This document shows, piece by piece, positions 46,580-58,500 of a DNA stretch of 64,000 bases. The stretch's first letter is position 1, and every line of letters starts with the position of its first letter. Source of the DNA: Squalus acanthias (taxonomy: Eukaryota); assembly GCA_030390025.1 (NCBI GenBank), contig CM059432.1:70868001-70932000 (forward strand). Direction: 5' to 3'. The position numbers were made by a program, and so were the translations under genes. A model generated the notes under the pieces. The model did not search any database, was not told where the DNA came from, and saw nothing but the letters and a program-made list of their open reading frames with translations.

Positions 46580-49500
46580 ATGCTGCCCCTCGGCGATGTC
46601 ACCCAAAAAACACAATGACACCCAACTCTACCTCACCACCACTTCTCTCGACCCATCCACTGCATCTGATTTGTCACCCTGCTTGTTCGACATCCAGTAT
46701 TGCATGTGCAGAAACTTCCTCCAATTAAATATTGGGAAGATCGAAGCCATTGTCTTCTGCCTCCATGACAAACTCCATTCCCTAGCTACAGATTCCATCA
46801 CCCTTTCCTGGCCACTGTCTGAGGCTGAACAAGACTGTTCGCAACCTTAAGAATATACGAATTAGGAGCAGGCCATAGGCCCTTCGAGCCTGCTCCCCCA
46901 TTCGATAGGATCATGGCTGAACAACACTTTCCCGCCCAATCACCATATCCCTTGATTGAACCGTCCCTTGATTCCCCTAGTGTCCAAACATCTATCCATC
47001 TCAGCAATGAATATACTCAACGACCCAGCATCCACAGCCCTTTGGGGTAGAGAATTCCAAAGATTCAAAACCCTCTGAGTAAAGAGATTTCTTCCTCATC
47101 TCAATCTTAAATGGCCGACCCTTATCCTGAGTTCTAGACTCTCTAGCCAGGAGAAAAAACCTCTCAGCGTCAACCTTGACAATCCCCCTCAGAATCTTAT
47201 ACATTTCAATGAGATCACCTCTCATTCTTCTAAACTCCAGAGAGTATAGGCCCAATCTACTCAAAGGACAACCCGATCATCCCAGGGATCAATCTAATGA
47301 ACCTTTGTTGCACCGCCTCAAAGGCATGTATGTCCTTTCTCAGATAAGGAGACCAAAACTATGCACAGTACTCCAGGTGTGGTCTCACCAAAGCCCTGTA
47401 CAATTGTAGTAAGACTTCCTTACTCTTGTACTCCAATGCCCTTGCAATAAAGGCCATTTGCCTTCCTAATTGCTTGCTGTACCTGCATGCTAACTCTGTG
47501 TTTCCTGTACAAGGACATCTAAATCTCTCTGAACACCAACATTTAATAGTTTCTCACCATTTAAAAAAAATTCTGTTTTTCTATTCTTCCTACCAAATTG
47601 AATAACCTTCACATTTCCTCACATTATACTCCATCTGCCACCTTCTTGCCCACTCACTTAACCTGTCTATATCCCTTTGCAAGCTCTTGTGTCCTCCTCA
47701 CAGCTTACTTTCCCACCTAGCTTTGTATCATCAGCAAACTTGGATACATTGCACTCGGTCCCTTCATCCAAGTCATTAATATAGATTGTAAACAGCTGAG
47801 GCCCAAGCACTGATTCTTGCAGCACCCCACTAGTTACAGCCTGCCAACCTGAAAATGACCTGTTTATCCCTTCTTTCTGTTTTCTGTCCATTAGCCAATC
47901 CTCTATCCATGCCAATATATTACCCCCAACCCCAAGAGCCCTTATCTTGCGTAGCAACCTTTTATGTGGCACCTTATTGAATGCCTTTTGGAAATCCAAA
48001 TATACTACATCCACTGGTTCCCCTTTATCTACCCTGCTAGTTACATCCTCAAAAGACTAATTAACACAATTTCCCTTTCATAAAACCATGCGAACTCTGC
48101 CGAATCATATTATCATTTTCTAAGTGCTCTGTTACCACTTCCTTATAATGGATTCCAGCATTTTCCTGTGACTGATGTCACACTAACTGACCTGTAGTTC
48201 CCGGTTTTTTCTCTCCCGCCTTTCTTGAATAGCGGGGTTACATTTACCATCCTATTGGGGTCCTATTTGACCCCGAGCGGAGCTTCCAACCCCATATCCT
48301 CTCCATCACCAAGACCACCTAATTCCAACTCCGGAATATCCCCCACCTATGTCCCTGCCTCAGCTATTCTGCTGCTGAAACCCTCATCCGTGCTTTTTTG
48401 ACCTTTAGACTTGACTATTTCAATTACCTCCTGGCTGGCCTCCCATCTTCCACCTTTCATAAACTTCAGCTCATCCGAAGCTCTGCTGCCCGTATCTTGA
48501 CTCGCACCAAGTCCCGTTCATTCATCACTCCCTGTGCTCGCTGACCTACGTTGGCTCCTGGCCAAACAACGCCTCAAATGGACAAAGGAGCTGAATTCCT
48601 GAGGTGAGGTGAGAGTGCCTGCCCTTGACATCAAGGCAGCATTTGACCGAGTGTGGCATCAAGGAGCCCTAGTAAAACTGAAGTCAATGGGAATCAGGGG
48701 GAAAACTCTCCACTGGCTGGAGTCATACCTAGCACAAAGGAAGGTGGTTGGAGGTCAATTATCACAGCCCCAGGATATCGCTGCAGGAGTTCCTCAGGGC
48801 AGTGTCCTAGGTCCAACCATCTTCAGCTGCTTCATCAATGACCATCCCTCCAACATAAGGTCAGAAATGAGGATGTTCGCTGATGACTGCACAATGTTCA
48901 GCATCATTCACAACTCCTCAGATAATGAAGCAGTCCATGCCCGCATGCAACAAGATCTAGATGACGTTCAGGCTTGGGCTGATAACTGGCAGGTAACATT
49001 CACGCCACACAAGTGCCAGGCAATGACTATCTTCAACAAGCGAGAGTCTAACCACCGCCTCATGACATTCTACGGCATTACCATTGACGAATCCCCAACC
49101 ATCAACATCCTGGGGGAGGGGGAGGGGGGGGGGGGAGGGTCACAACTGGCCAGAAATTTAACTGGACCAGCGACATAACTATTGTGGCAACAAGAGCAGG
49201 TTAGAGGCTAGGTATTCTGCGGCGAGTGTCTCACCTCCGGACTCCCCAAAGCCTTTCCACCATCTACAAGGCACAAGTAAGGAGTGTGATGGAATACTCT
49301 CCACTTGCCTGGATGAGTGCAGCTCCAACAACACTCAAGAAGCTCGACATCATCCAGGACAAAGCAGACTGCTTGACTGGCACCCCATCTACCACCTTAA
49401 ACATTCACTCCTTCCACCACCGGCGTACCGTGGCTGCAGTATGTACCATCTACAAGATGCACTGCAGCAACTCGCCAAGGCTTCTTTGGCAGCACCTCCC

Positions 49501-50145
49501 AAACCCGCGACCTCTACCACCTAGAAGGACAAGGGCAGCAGACGCATGGGAACACCACCACCTCCACGTTCCCCTCAAAATCACACACCATCCTGACTTG
49601 GAAGTATATCGCCGTTCCTTCATCGTCGATGGGTCAAAATCCTGGAACTCCCTCCCTAACAGCACTGTGGGAGTACCTTCACCACACGGACTGCAGCGGT
49701 TCAAGAAGGTGGCTCACCACCACCTTCTCAAGGGCAATTAGGGATGGGCAATAAATGCTGGCCTTGCCAGCGACACCCATATCCCAGGAACAAATAAAAA
49801 TAATAATTCTCATCCCCTTGTTCACATCCCCCCGTGGCTTCACCCCCTCTTATCTCTGTAATTGCCTCCAGCATGAGAACTCTGCATTCCTCCAATTCTG
49901 GCCTCTTGTGCATTCCTGATTTCCTTCGCTCCTCCATTGGCAGCTGTGTGTTCAGCTGCCTAGGCCCCAGGTTCTGGAATCCTCTCTGCCTCTTTCCTTT
50001 ATGACACTCTTAAAACCTACCTCTTTGACCAAGCTTTTGGTCAGCTGTCTTAATATTTCCTTATGTGGCTCGTTGTCAAATTCTGTCTGCGCCTTTGGAC
50101 GTTTTACTAAGTTAAAGGCACTATATAAATGCAAGTTGTTGTTCT
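46580..50145 (+). mobile_element. L2 3' fragment split by a CR1 (about 46849-48250, minus) and a Zenon-like LINE (about 48578-49803, plus)
   Basis: L2 motifs resume after each insert; CR1 DFQKAFNKV/FADD; DIKAAFDRVWH..HHHLLKGN* with A-rich tail. Confidence 0.85.
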
Positions 50146-50224
50146 AAATGATGAGAACAGGTTGCATAAACTTGGCTTGCATTCACTTGTGTTTAGAAAG
50201 TTGAGGGGTGATCTAATCAAAGTC

Positions 50225-52190
50225 TCTGTATGTATCCTACATCGTTTCAGCCTGTTCTTGCCCCACGGAACTGATTTCTTCCTATCGCGACTCTATTTTT
50301 TCTCCCCTTGTCCAGTCTCCTCCCACCTACATCCGCGACTCTGCCGACGCCCTCCGCCACTTTAACAGTTTCCAGTTTCCTGGCCCCAACCGTCTCCTTC
50401 TCACTATGGACATCCAATCCCTCTACACCTCCATCCCGCACCAGGGCAGCCTGAGGGCCCTCCGCTTCTTCCTTGAACAGAGGCCCAACCAGTCCCCATC
50501 CACCACCATCCTCCTCCGCCTGGCTGAACTTGTTCTCACATTGAATAACTTCTCCTTTGACTCCACTCACTTCCTCCAAATTAAAGGTGTTGCTATGGGA
50601 ACCCACATGGGTCCTAGCTATGCCTGCCTTTTCGTGGGATATGTGGAACATTCTTTTTGTTCCAGTCCTACTCAGGTCCCCTCCCTCACCTCTTTTTCCG
50701 GTACATTGATGACTGTATCGGTGCCGTTTCCTGCTCTCGCCTTGAACTAGAAATTTTTATTCACTTTGCTTCCAATTTCCACCCTTCCCTCACCTTCACA
50801 TGGTTCATCTCCGACTCTTCCCTTCCCTTCTTCGACTTCTCAGTCTCCATTTCTGGAGATAGACTATTGAGAAACATTCACTATAAGCCCACTGACTCCC
50901 ACAGCTACCTGAACTATACTTCCTTCCACCCCACTTCCTGCAAAGACTCTATTCCATTCTCCCAGTTTCTCAGTCTCAGACGCATCTGCTCTGACGATCC
51001 CACCTTCCATACTAGTGCTTCCAATAGGTCTTCCTTTTTCCTCAACCGAGGATTCCCCTCGACCGTGGTTGACATGGCCCTCGAACGTGTCCGTTCTATT
51101 TCCCACACTTCTGCTCTCACCCCTTTCCACTCCCTCCCAGATCCACGGCCCTCGAACGTGTCCGTTCTATTTCCCGCACTTCTGCTCTCACCCCTTTCCC
51201 CTCCCTCCCAGATCCACAATAGGGCTCCCCTTGTCCTCACCTTTCACTCCACCAGCCTCCACATTCAACGTATCATCTGCTGCCATTTCCGCCAACTTCA
51301 GCGTGATCCCACCATCAATCACATCTTCCCCTTTCAGCATTCCAAAGGGACTGCACCCTCCGCGACACCCTGGTCCACTCTTCAATCACCCCCAACACCC
51401 CTTCCCATGGCACCTTCTCGTGCAAGTGCAGGAGATACAACAACTGCCCTTTTACCTCCTCCCTTCCCACTGTCTAGGGCCCCAAACACTCCTTCCAGGT
51501 GAAACGGCAATTTACTTGTACTTCTTGCAATTTAGTATACTGTATTCACTGCTCACGGTGCGGTCTCCTCTACATTGGGGAGACCAAATGCAGATTGGGT
51601 GACCGCTTTGCGGAACACCTCCGTTCAGTCTGTAAGCGTAACCCCGAGCTTCTGGTCACCTGTCACTTTAATTCTCTGCTCCACTTCCACTCTGACCTCT
51701 CTGCCCTTGGCCTCTTACACTGTTCCAACGAAGCTCAACGTAAGCTCGCGGAACAGCACCTCATCTTTCGATTAGGCACTTTACAGCCTTCTGGACTTAA
51801 CATCGAGTTCAACAATTTCAGACTATAACCTCTGCCCCTATTTTTTTTTTTCCACATGGCAGTTGTTGATGATTCTGCCATTCCCATTTACACCTCATCT
51901 AGACTCATCTTTTGTTTCTGAACTTGTCCCATTACCATTTCCTTTTGCCTTGCACTATCATCCCCTTTGCCTTTTAATCACTCCTGCCTTTTACCCTATC
52001 ACAGACCTTCCCTTTTGTTCTTTCCTCCCCTCCCACCTGTCCCTGCACTTGCTTAAAAATCTGTTACATCTCTAACTTTTTCCAGTTGAGGAAGGGTCAT
52101 CGAACAGAAACGTTAACTCTGTTTCTCTCTTCACAGATGCTGCCTGACCTGCTGAGCAATTCCAGCATTTTCTGTTTTTATTATTCTACC
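50225..52190 (+). mobile_element. Penelope-like element (P1): RT plus GIY-YIG endonuclease, frameshifted
   Basis: MDIQSLYTSIPH, GVAMGTHMGPSYA, FRYIDD, VYCIHC..LYIGET..RFAEH; decayed hammerhead near 52085-52118. Confidence 0.93.
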
Positions 52191-52650
52191 AAATCCCTTT
52201 ATTATTTTAGTGGGGGAATCCAGAACAAGGGAGCATAATCTTAAAATTAGAGCTAGTCCATTTAGGAGTGAAATCAGGAAGCATTTTTTCACACAAATGG
52301 TTGTAGAAATCTGCAACTCCCTCCCCCAAAAGGCTGTGGATACTGGGTCAATTGAAATTTTCAAGACTGAGATATACATCGCCAGATTTTTGTTGGGTAA
52401 GGGTATATAGGGATATGGGACAAAGGCGGGTAAATGGAGTCGAGCTACAGATCAGCCATTATCTAATTGAATGATGGAACAGGCTTGAGGGGCTGAAAGA
52501 CTTACTCCTGTTCCTATGCCCTGGGATGTAAATAGTGACCAGAATGCAATATGAAGTCCTTTCAGTTTGCTGGAAAATAAATAGCAATAACTGATCTTAA
52601 CCCTGTGTGTGCAAAATGGCCGATTAAAGAAGATGAACAAACTTAGTGAA

Positions 52651-52899
52651 TGTGAGAAGTCGCACAACACCAGGTTATAGTCCAACAGTTTTATTTGAAA
52701 TCACAAGCTTTCGGAGCGCTGCTCCTTCGTCAGGTGAAGTGAAGAGATACATATAGGCACAGCGTATCTCTTCACTTCACCTGACAAAGGAGCAGCGCTC
52801 CGAAAGCTTGTGATTTCAAATAAAACTGTTGGACTATAACCTGGTGTTGTGCGACCTCTCACATTTGTCCACCCCAGTCCAACACCGGCATCTCCACAT
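52651..52899. mobile_element. Penelope-like (P2) inverted pLTR insertion
   Basis: 102-bp inverted arms 52649-52750 / 52764-52865; 13-bp TSD caaacttagtgaa (52638-52650, 52900-52912). Confidence 0.9.
52701..52737 (-). ncRNA. Minimal hammerhead ribozyme motif (P2), sense to SDR16C5 pre-mRNA
   Basis: TCAC-CTGACGA-A-GGAGC-agc-GCTCC-GAAA-GCTT-GTGA; the + strand mirror copy has CTGACAA (core G changed). Confidence 0.8.
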
Positions 52900-52921
52900 C
52901 AAACTTAGTGAAGATACTAGT

Positions 52922-53688
52922 GGGGCAGAAATTAGGCTCGCCACGGGTGAGTACGCACTATGTACTCACCCGTGGACGGAACGAAAGTGCTGGTTTCTTG
53001 CATGCACTACGCATGCGCGGGAAACCGGCACTTCCGTTCCCCTGAAGGAAGGGGTTCAGAGGTCGAACGCGCACTCCGGAGGGCCAGCGTGTTCGCCTCG
53101 CACTTCGGGTTTTTTTTCCCCCACAGGTTCCTCCGTGAGGGTAAGCACGGAGAAGATACACATTGAAAAAGGAGGCGCAAGGCCTTCTTTTAACAAGGTA
53201 AGTGTTGATTTTATTAAAATTTAAACATTTTTTTCACAGATTTATCTTTTTTAATTACTTTAAAGAAAGGTAAGTTTAGTTTTAGCCCCGTTAAAAAGTG
53301 TAATTAATTTTTTCAATAATTAACTATTTTAAACAAAAATTTAAATTTATGTAATTTATAGTTATTTTAAAAGTGATGTTTAAAAAAAAAAAATATTTGT
53401 AGTTTTAGGGATGTTTTGGGGCCGATCTGTATTCATAGATTTGACAGCCCTGTCAAATCTATGAATGAAAGATGGTCTGCTGCCATTGGCTCTCCATGGC
53501 CCACGTGATCCCAGGGGACACATCACACTAACTACGCCCCTGGGATACGCAAGCACTGTGCGCCGGCAGTTGGAGGAGGCCCAGGACCGGAATCCTCCAC
53601 GGGCCCAGGGGTCAACGGCAGGCGCGGTAGGTAGGTGCGCGCGCGATCCTTGCACCCGCGGGAAGCCAGGGAGCCGAATTTCTGGCCC
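52922..53688. mobile_element. Harbinger-type MITE family M2, copy B
   Basis: TIR ggggcagaaatt / aatttctggccc; TSD agt (52919-52921, 53689-53691). Confidence 0.88.
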
Positions 53689-54435
53689 AGTATATTTTAG
53701 TCACATGCCCATTATCTATTGGTTTTTCTTCATCATTCCCTTTAAATCTTAACCTTGTATGTGAAAGGCAGTCCTCAGGTTCATTTTTAAACATCAATAC
53801 AATCAAGGACATCTACAATTCTTTGGTTATTTGTTATCTTGAACTCATCCTCCACCTTCCCTCCTCCAAAAAAAATCCATCAGAAGTCTAACAGCTACCT
53901 TTGTAGCCCTTTTTCATGGCTATATTTACAGAACCTTCATTTAAATTTTTTTTTACTAAAATCCTAATCTCATTATCTCGTCTCTCCTAATCCATTTATT
54001 TTCTTCATCTTTTCGCTATATTCATTCCGGTCTTTAAATCATATCTGTAATTTTAAACAATGCAGCCCTTTTTATCCCTCATCACCCATATTAGTCCTTT
54101 TATTGCTTATGTTTGTTTCCTTCCTATCTCTACTGCACTTTCTACCTAATGGAATATGCTCATTTTGTAGTCTCCTATTTATGTCTCTTGCCTTGAGCAT
54201 GTAGAATTATCCCGTGCGTTGGAGTCACTATATTTTCACTTGTTATAATTCAGATTCATTAGTAGGACTGATAAATATTCACTGCAAAATTACTAGAAAT
54301 TAATCAAAATGCCACATTACTAACATTTCAAGACTGTAGGATTTAAATAACGCAATCTAGCAATACATTTTAAGCTTGAGTGAATAAAGTTGAAAGGAGA
54401 GATGCCATATTTAATGAATTAACATGTCAACCTAC

Positions 54436-54580
54436 TTGGTTTTACAGCCATCAAACATGCCAGTGTTTATGAAGTATGGGCAAACGAGGGTAGTCTTGAC
54501 ACCATTTTTTCCTGAAACTAGCATTTCTAGTGCAACAGACTCAGCAAAACCAATCGCTGCAAACTTGCTTGAACAGTAAT
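54436..54580 (-). CDS. SDR16C5: SDR16C5-like coding exon (145 nt) with catalytic YxxxK
   Basis: (D)[47 protein letters not shown](K); acceptor tcttgcag, donor gtagg; phase 1 matches the previous exon. Confidence 0.94.
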
Positions 54581-55514
54581 CTGCAAGAGAAGAAAGACAC
54601 CCATTCTTCAAAGTTACGTGGGAAGCAGTTCCAGTAGGACAGAAGTCAGTTGTGTTTAGAATAATAGAACAGTTTACAGAAATTTAAATGGATTAACATT
54701 TAGTTTCCGTGATTGAAATAGGTCCAGCACAATGCAGCATAAAAAGTGACTACTTCATATATGTATAATAATGCATGCGTGTTTTTACTGTTTACTCACT
54801 CCCCATCTGTTCCCTCGAATTCAATACCTCAGAGATAAACCAGATTATGATTATAGTATCCTCATATTAAGCAGATATGAGAAATTCCTGCATACAACAA
54901 GCATCATTCATTTTAAGGTTTCAGAATTTAAAAAAGTGTGAGGTTTCAAATTACTAACACACATAGCAGTGATATTCAATATATTAGAATTTTTAGTGAC
55001 ATGCAAATCACATGTATTTCAATCTCCTCCCCTTTCTCCCTTAAGCAGTGGTGTTACTTTGTACTCACACCTTCAGCAACCTGTGCAACTTGATTGGAGC
55101 CATGTAATCCCTTTTTACTGACTAACAATTAACATCTGAATTTAGGTTCCAACAGGACCAGTATATGCAATACATGGTGCTGGGCCATTTCCAAATATGC
55201 TGCATCAAGGAAGTTAGAGAATTCTAAATTTTCTTGAGCGTAGAGCAATGAATACAAGTGAGATCCATTAAAAAGGAAAACACTCAGGTGCCATTTTGTA
55301 TGTTTCTTTTTTGTGGACTATATTATTGAAGCAACAAAAGTGAAAATTAGAACGATTAATTCATTAAAATGTCAGTAGAAAAATTAGCAAGTAATTACAT
55401 AGAATTTACAGCATAGAAACAGGCCATTTGACCCTACTGATCTATGCTGGTTGTTTATGCTCCACACAAGCCTCCTCCCACCGCACTTCAATTTGCCCCA
55501 GAAAGAATGGTCTG

Positions 55515-58500
55515 CACAGAGTGATCTTAAACAGAGTGATCTTAAACAGAGTGTTAAAGTTGGGAATTTGGAGAGAGTGGGAATTCGGAGCAGAAGGGGA
55601 AGGAAGTGCTGTTTTTTGTGGCTCCAATACATGTAGTGCTTTGTGTTCCATGTAAATAATTAATTTAATCTACCTTTAACTTAAACTAGATCTAGTAATT
55701 AGTTAAAAAACTAAACTATAAGCTAAGTTAATTAAATAAAAAAATGTAATTAAATAATTAAATCAAACAAGGTTATATAGGGATGGCAGTGGAGGTGGTG
55801 TGCTGCAACTGCAGCATGTGGGAGTTTTTGGTGGGCATTACAATCCCGGACGACCATGTCTGCAACAAGTGTTTGTATCTCAAGGAACTTCAGCCCAGAG
55901 TTGAAGTTCCTCGAGATACAGGAACTGCGGGGCATCGGGAGGGGAGAATTACCTGGACACTTTGATCCAAGAGACAGTCGCACCCCTTAGGTTAGGTAGT
56001 GGTACAGGTCTGGCTAGTGGTCATGGACAGGAGGGTGCGACTGTGACTCAGGCAGGTAAGAGGACCCCAGGTACAGTGCTGGAGGAACCTTGGCTTTTGC
56101 CCTTACCCAACAGGTATGAGGTTCTTGCTGCCTGTGTGGATGAGGACAAAGTCTGCCGGGTGGATAAACAAACTGACCACAGCAACATGGTACGGGAAGC
56201 CATTCAAGTGCGGGGGGGAAGTGAAAAGGAATGTTGTAGTGGTAGGGGACAGTATAGTCAGGGGGATAGATACTGTTCTCTTCAGCCACGACTGGGAGTT
56301 CTGAAGGCTGTGTTGCCTGCCCGGTGCCAGGGTTAAAAACATCGCCTTGTGGCTGGAGAAGAACTTGGAGTGGGAGGGGGAGGATCCAGTTGTCGTGGTC
56401 CACATAGGAACCAACGACATAGGTAGAACTAGGAATGAGGTTCTGATGAGAGAGTTTGAGGAGCTAGGTCGAAATTAAAAAGCAGAACCTCAAAAGGTAA
56501 TAATCTCTAGATTGTTACCTCAGCCACGCGCAAATTGGCATAGGGACAAGAAGATCAGAGAGTTAAATGTGTGGCTGAGAGAGTGGTGTAGAAGAAAGGG
56601 TTTTGATTCATGGGCACTGCCACCAGTACTGGGGAAAAAGGGAGCTGTTCTATTTGGACAGGCGCCACTTAAACTGGGCTGGGACCAGTGTCCTGGCGAA
56701 TTGAATAACTAGGGCTGTAGATAGGGCTTTAAACTAAAAGGGTGTTGTGGGGGGGGGGGGGGAGGGAAAGGTGAAATTTAGAAATATAAAGAGAAAAGTC
56801 AAGGCAATGGAGCTGTGTAGCGAGTTGGGTAAAGTTAAGCAGAGTGTGACAGGAAGGGACAGAGAGTTTAACAATAATAGTGCATCGGCGAATAAGGTGA
56901 AAGGAGGGAATAATGGTAAAAAGTTCAAATTAAAGGCTCTTTATCTGAACGCACGAAGCATTCATAACAAGGTAGATGAATGAGTGGCACAAATAGAGAT
57001 AAATGGGTCTAATAGCCATTACAGAGACGTGGTTGCAAGGTGACCAAGGTTGGGAACTAAATATTCCAGCGTACTTGACGTTTTGAAAAGATAGGCAGAA
57101 TGGAAAAGGAGGTGGGGGTAGCCCTGATAATAAAAGATGACATAAGTACAGTAGTGATAAAGGATCTTGGCTTGGAAGATCAGGAAGTAGAATCAGTATG
57201 GGTGGAGATAAGAAATAATAAGGGGAGTAGTTTATAGGCCCCCTAATAGTAGCTATACCGTTGGACAGAGTATTAACCAAGAAATAGCTTGTAACAAAGG
57301 TAATGCAATAATCATGGGGACTTTATTCTTCATATAGACTGGGCAAATCAAATTGGCAAAAGTTCATGGAATGCATTTGAGACAGATTCCTAGAATACGG
57401 TGTGGAACCAACCAGGCAACAGGCTATTTTGGATCATGTATTGTGTAATGAGACAGGGTTAGTAATCTCATAGTAAAGGATTGTCTGGGGAAGTGTGATC
57501 ATATACGATAGAATTTCACATTCAGATTGAGAGTGACATGCTTAAATCTGAAACTAGAGTCTTAAACTTAAATAAAGCCAATTACATAGGTATGAGGGGC
57601 GAGTTAGCCAAGGTAGATTGGGAAATTAGATTAAAAGGTATGGCGGTAGATAGGTAGTGGCAAACATGTAAAGAAACATTCCATTGAGAAATTAATACTC
57701 CACGGGAAAAGTGATCCATCTGTGGCTAACTAAAGTCTTCATCGACCTGAAACGTTAACTCTGTTTCTCTCTCCACAGATACTGCCTGACCTGCTGAGTA
57801 TTTCCAGCATTTCCTGTTTTTATTAAAGAAGTTAAGGATATTAGATAGTTGTTGAACCAACCAGGGAACAGGCTATCTTAGATCTGGTACTGTGTAATGA
57901 GACAGAATTAATTAATGATCTCATAGTGAAGGATCCTCTAGGAAAGAGTGATCATAGCATGATAGAATTTCAAATTCAGCTTGAGGATGAGAAAGTTGGG
58001 TCTCAAACCAGTATCCTGACCTTAAATAAAGGCAATTACAAAGGTATGAAGGCAGAGTTGGCTAAAGTTGACTGGAAAAATAGATCAAAGGGTAAGATGG
58101 TAGATAAGCAGTGGCAGACATGTAAGGAGATATTTCATAACTCTCAGCAAAGATATATTCCAGTGAGAAGGAAAGACTCTAAGAGAAGGATGAACCATCC
58201 ATGCTAACTAAGGAAGTAAAGGATGGTATCAAATTGAAAACAAAGGCATACAATGTTGTGAAGATTAATGGTAGGCCAGACGATTGGGAAATTTTTAGAA
58301 ACCAGCAAAGGATGACTAAAAAAATAATAAAGAGAGAGAAGATAGATTATGAGAGTAAACTAGCAAGAAATATAAAAACAGACAGTAAGAGCTTCCACAA
58401 GTATATAACAAGGAAGAGAGTAGCTAAAATAAATGTTGGTCCCTTAAAGGATGAGACTGGGGAATTAATAATAGGAAACAGGGAAATGGCAGAGACTTTG

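Noticed and set aside
49102..49139. G-rich run as a functional G-quadruplex
   Set aside because: Homopolymer expansion at a G-run within a dead LINE, possibly a sequencing artefact
55517..55555. Short direct repeats (cagagtgatcttaaa) suggestive of CRISPR
   Set aside because: No spacers; tandem repeat in a CR1 5' UTR in eukaryotic DNA
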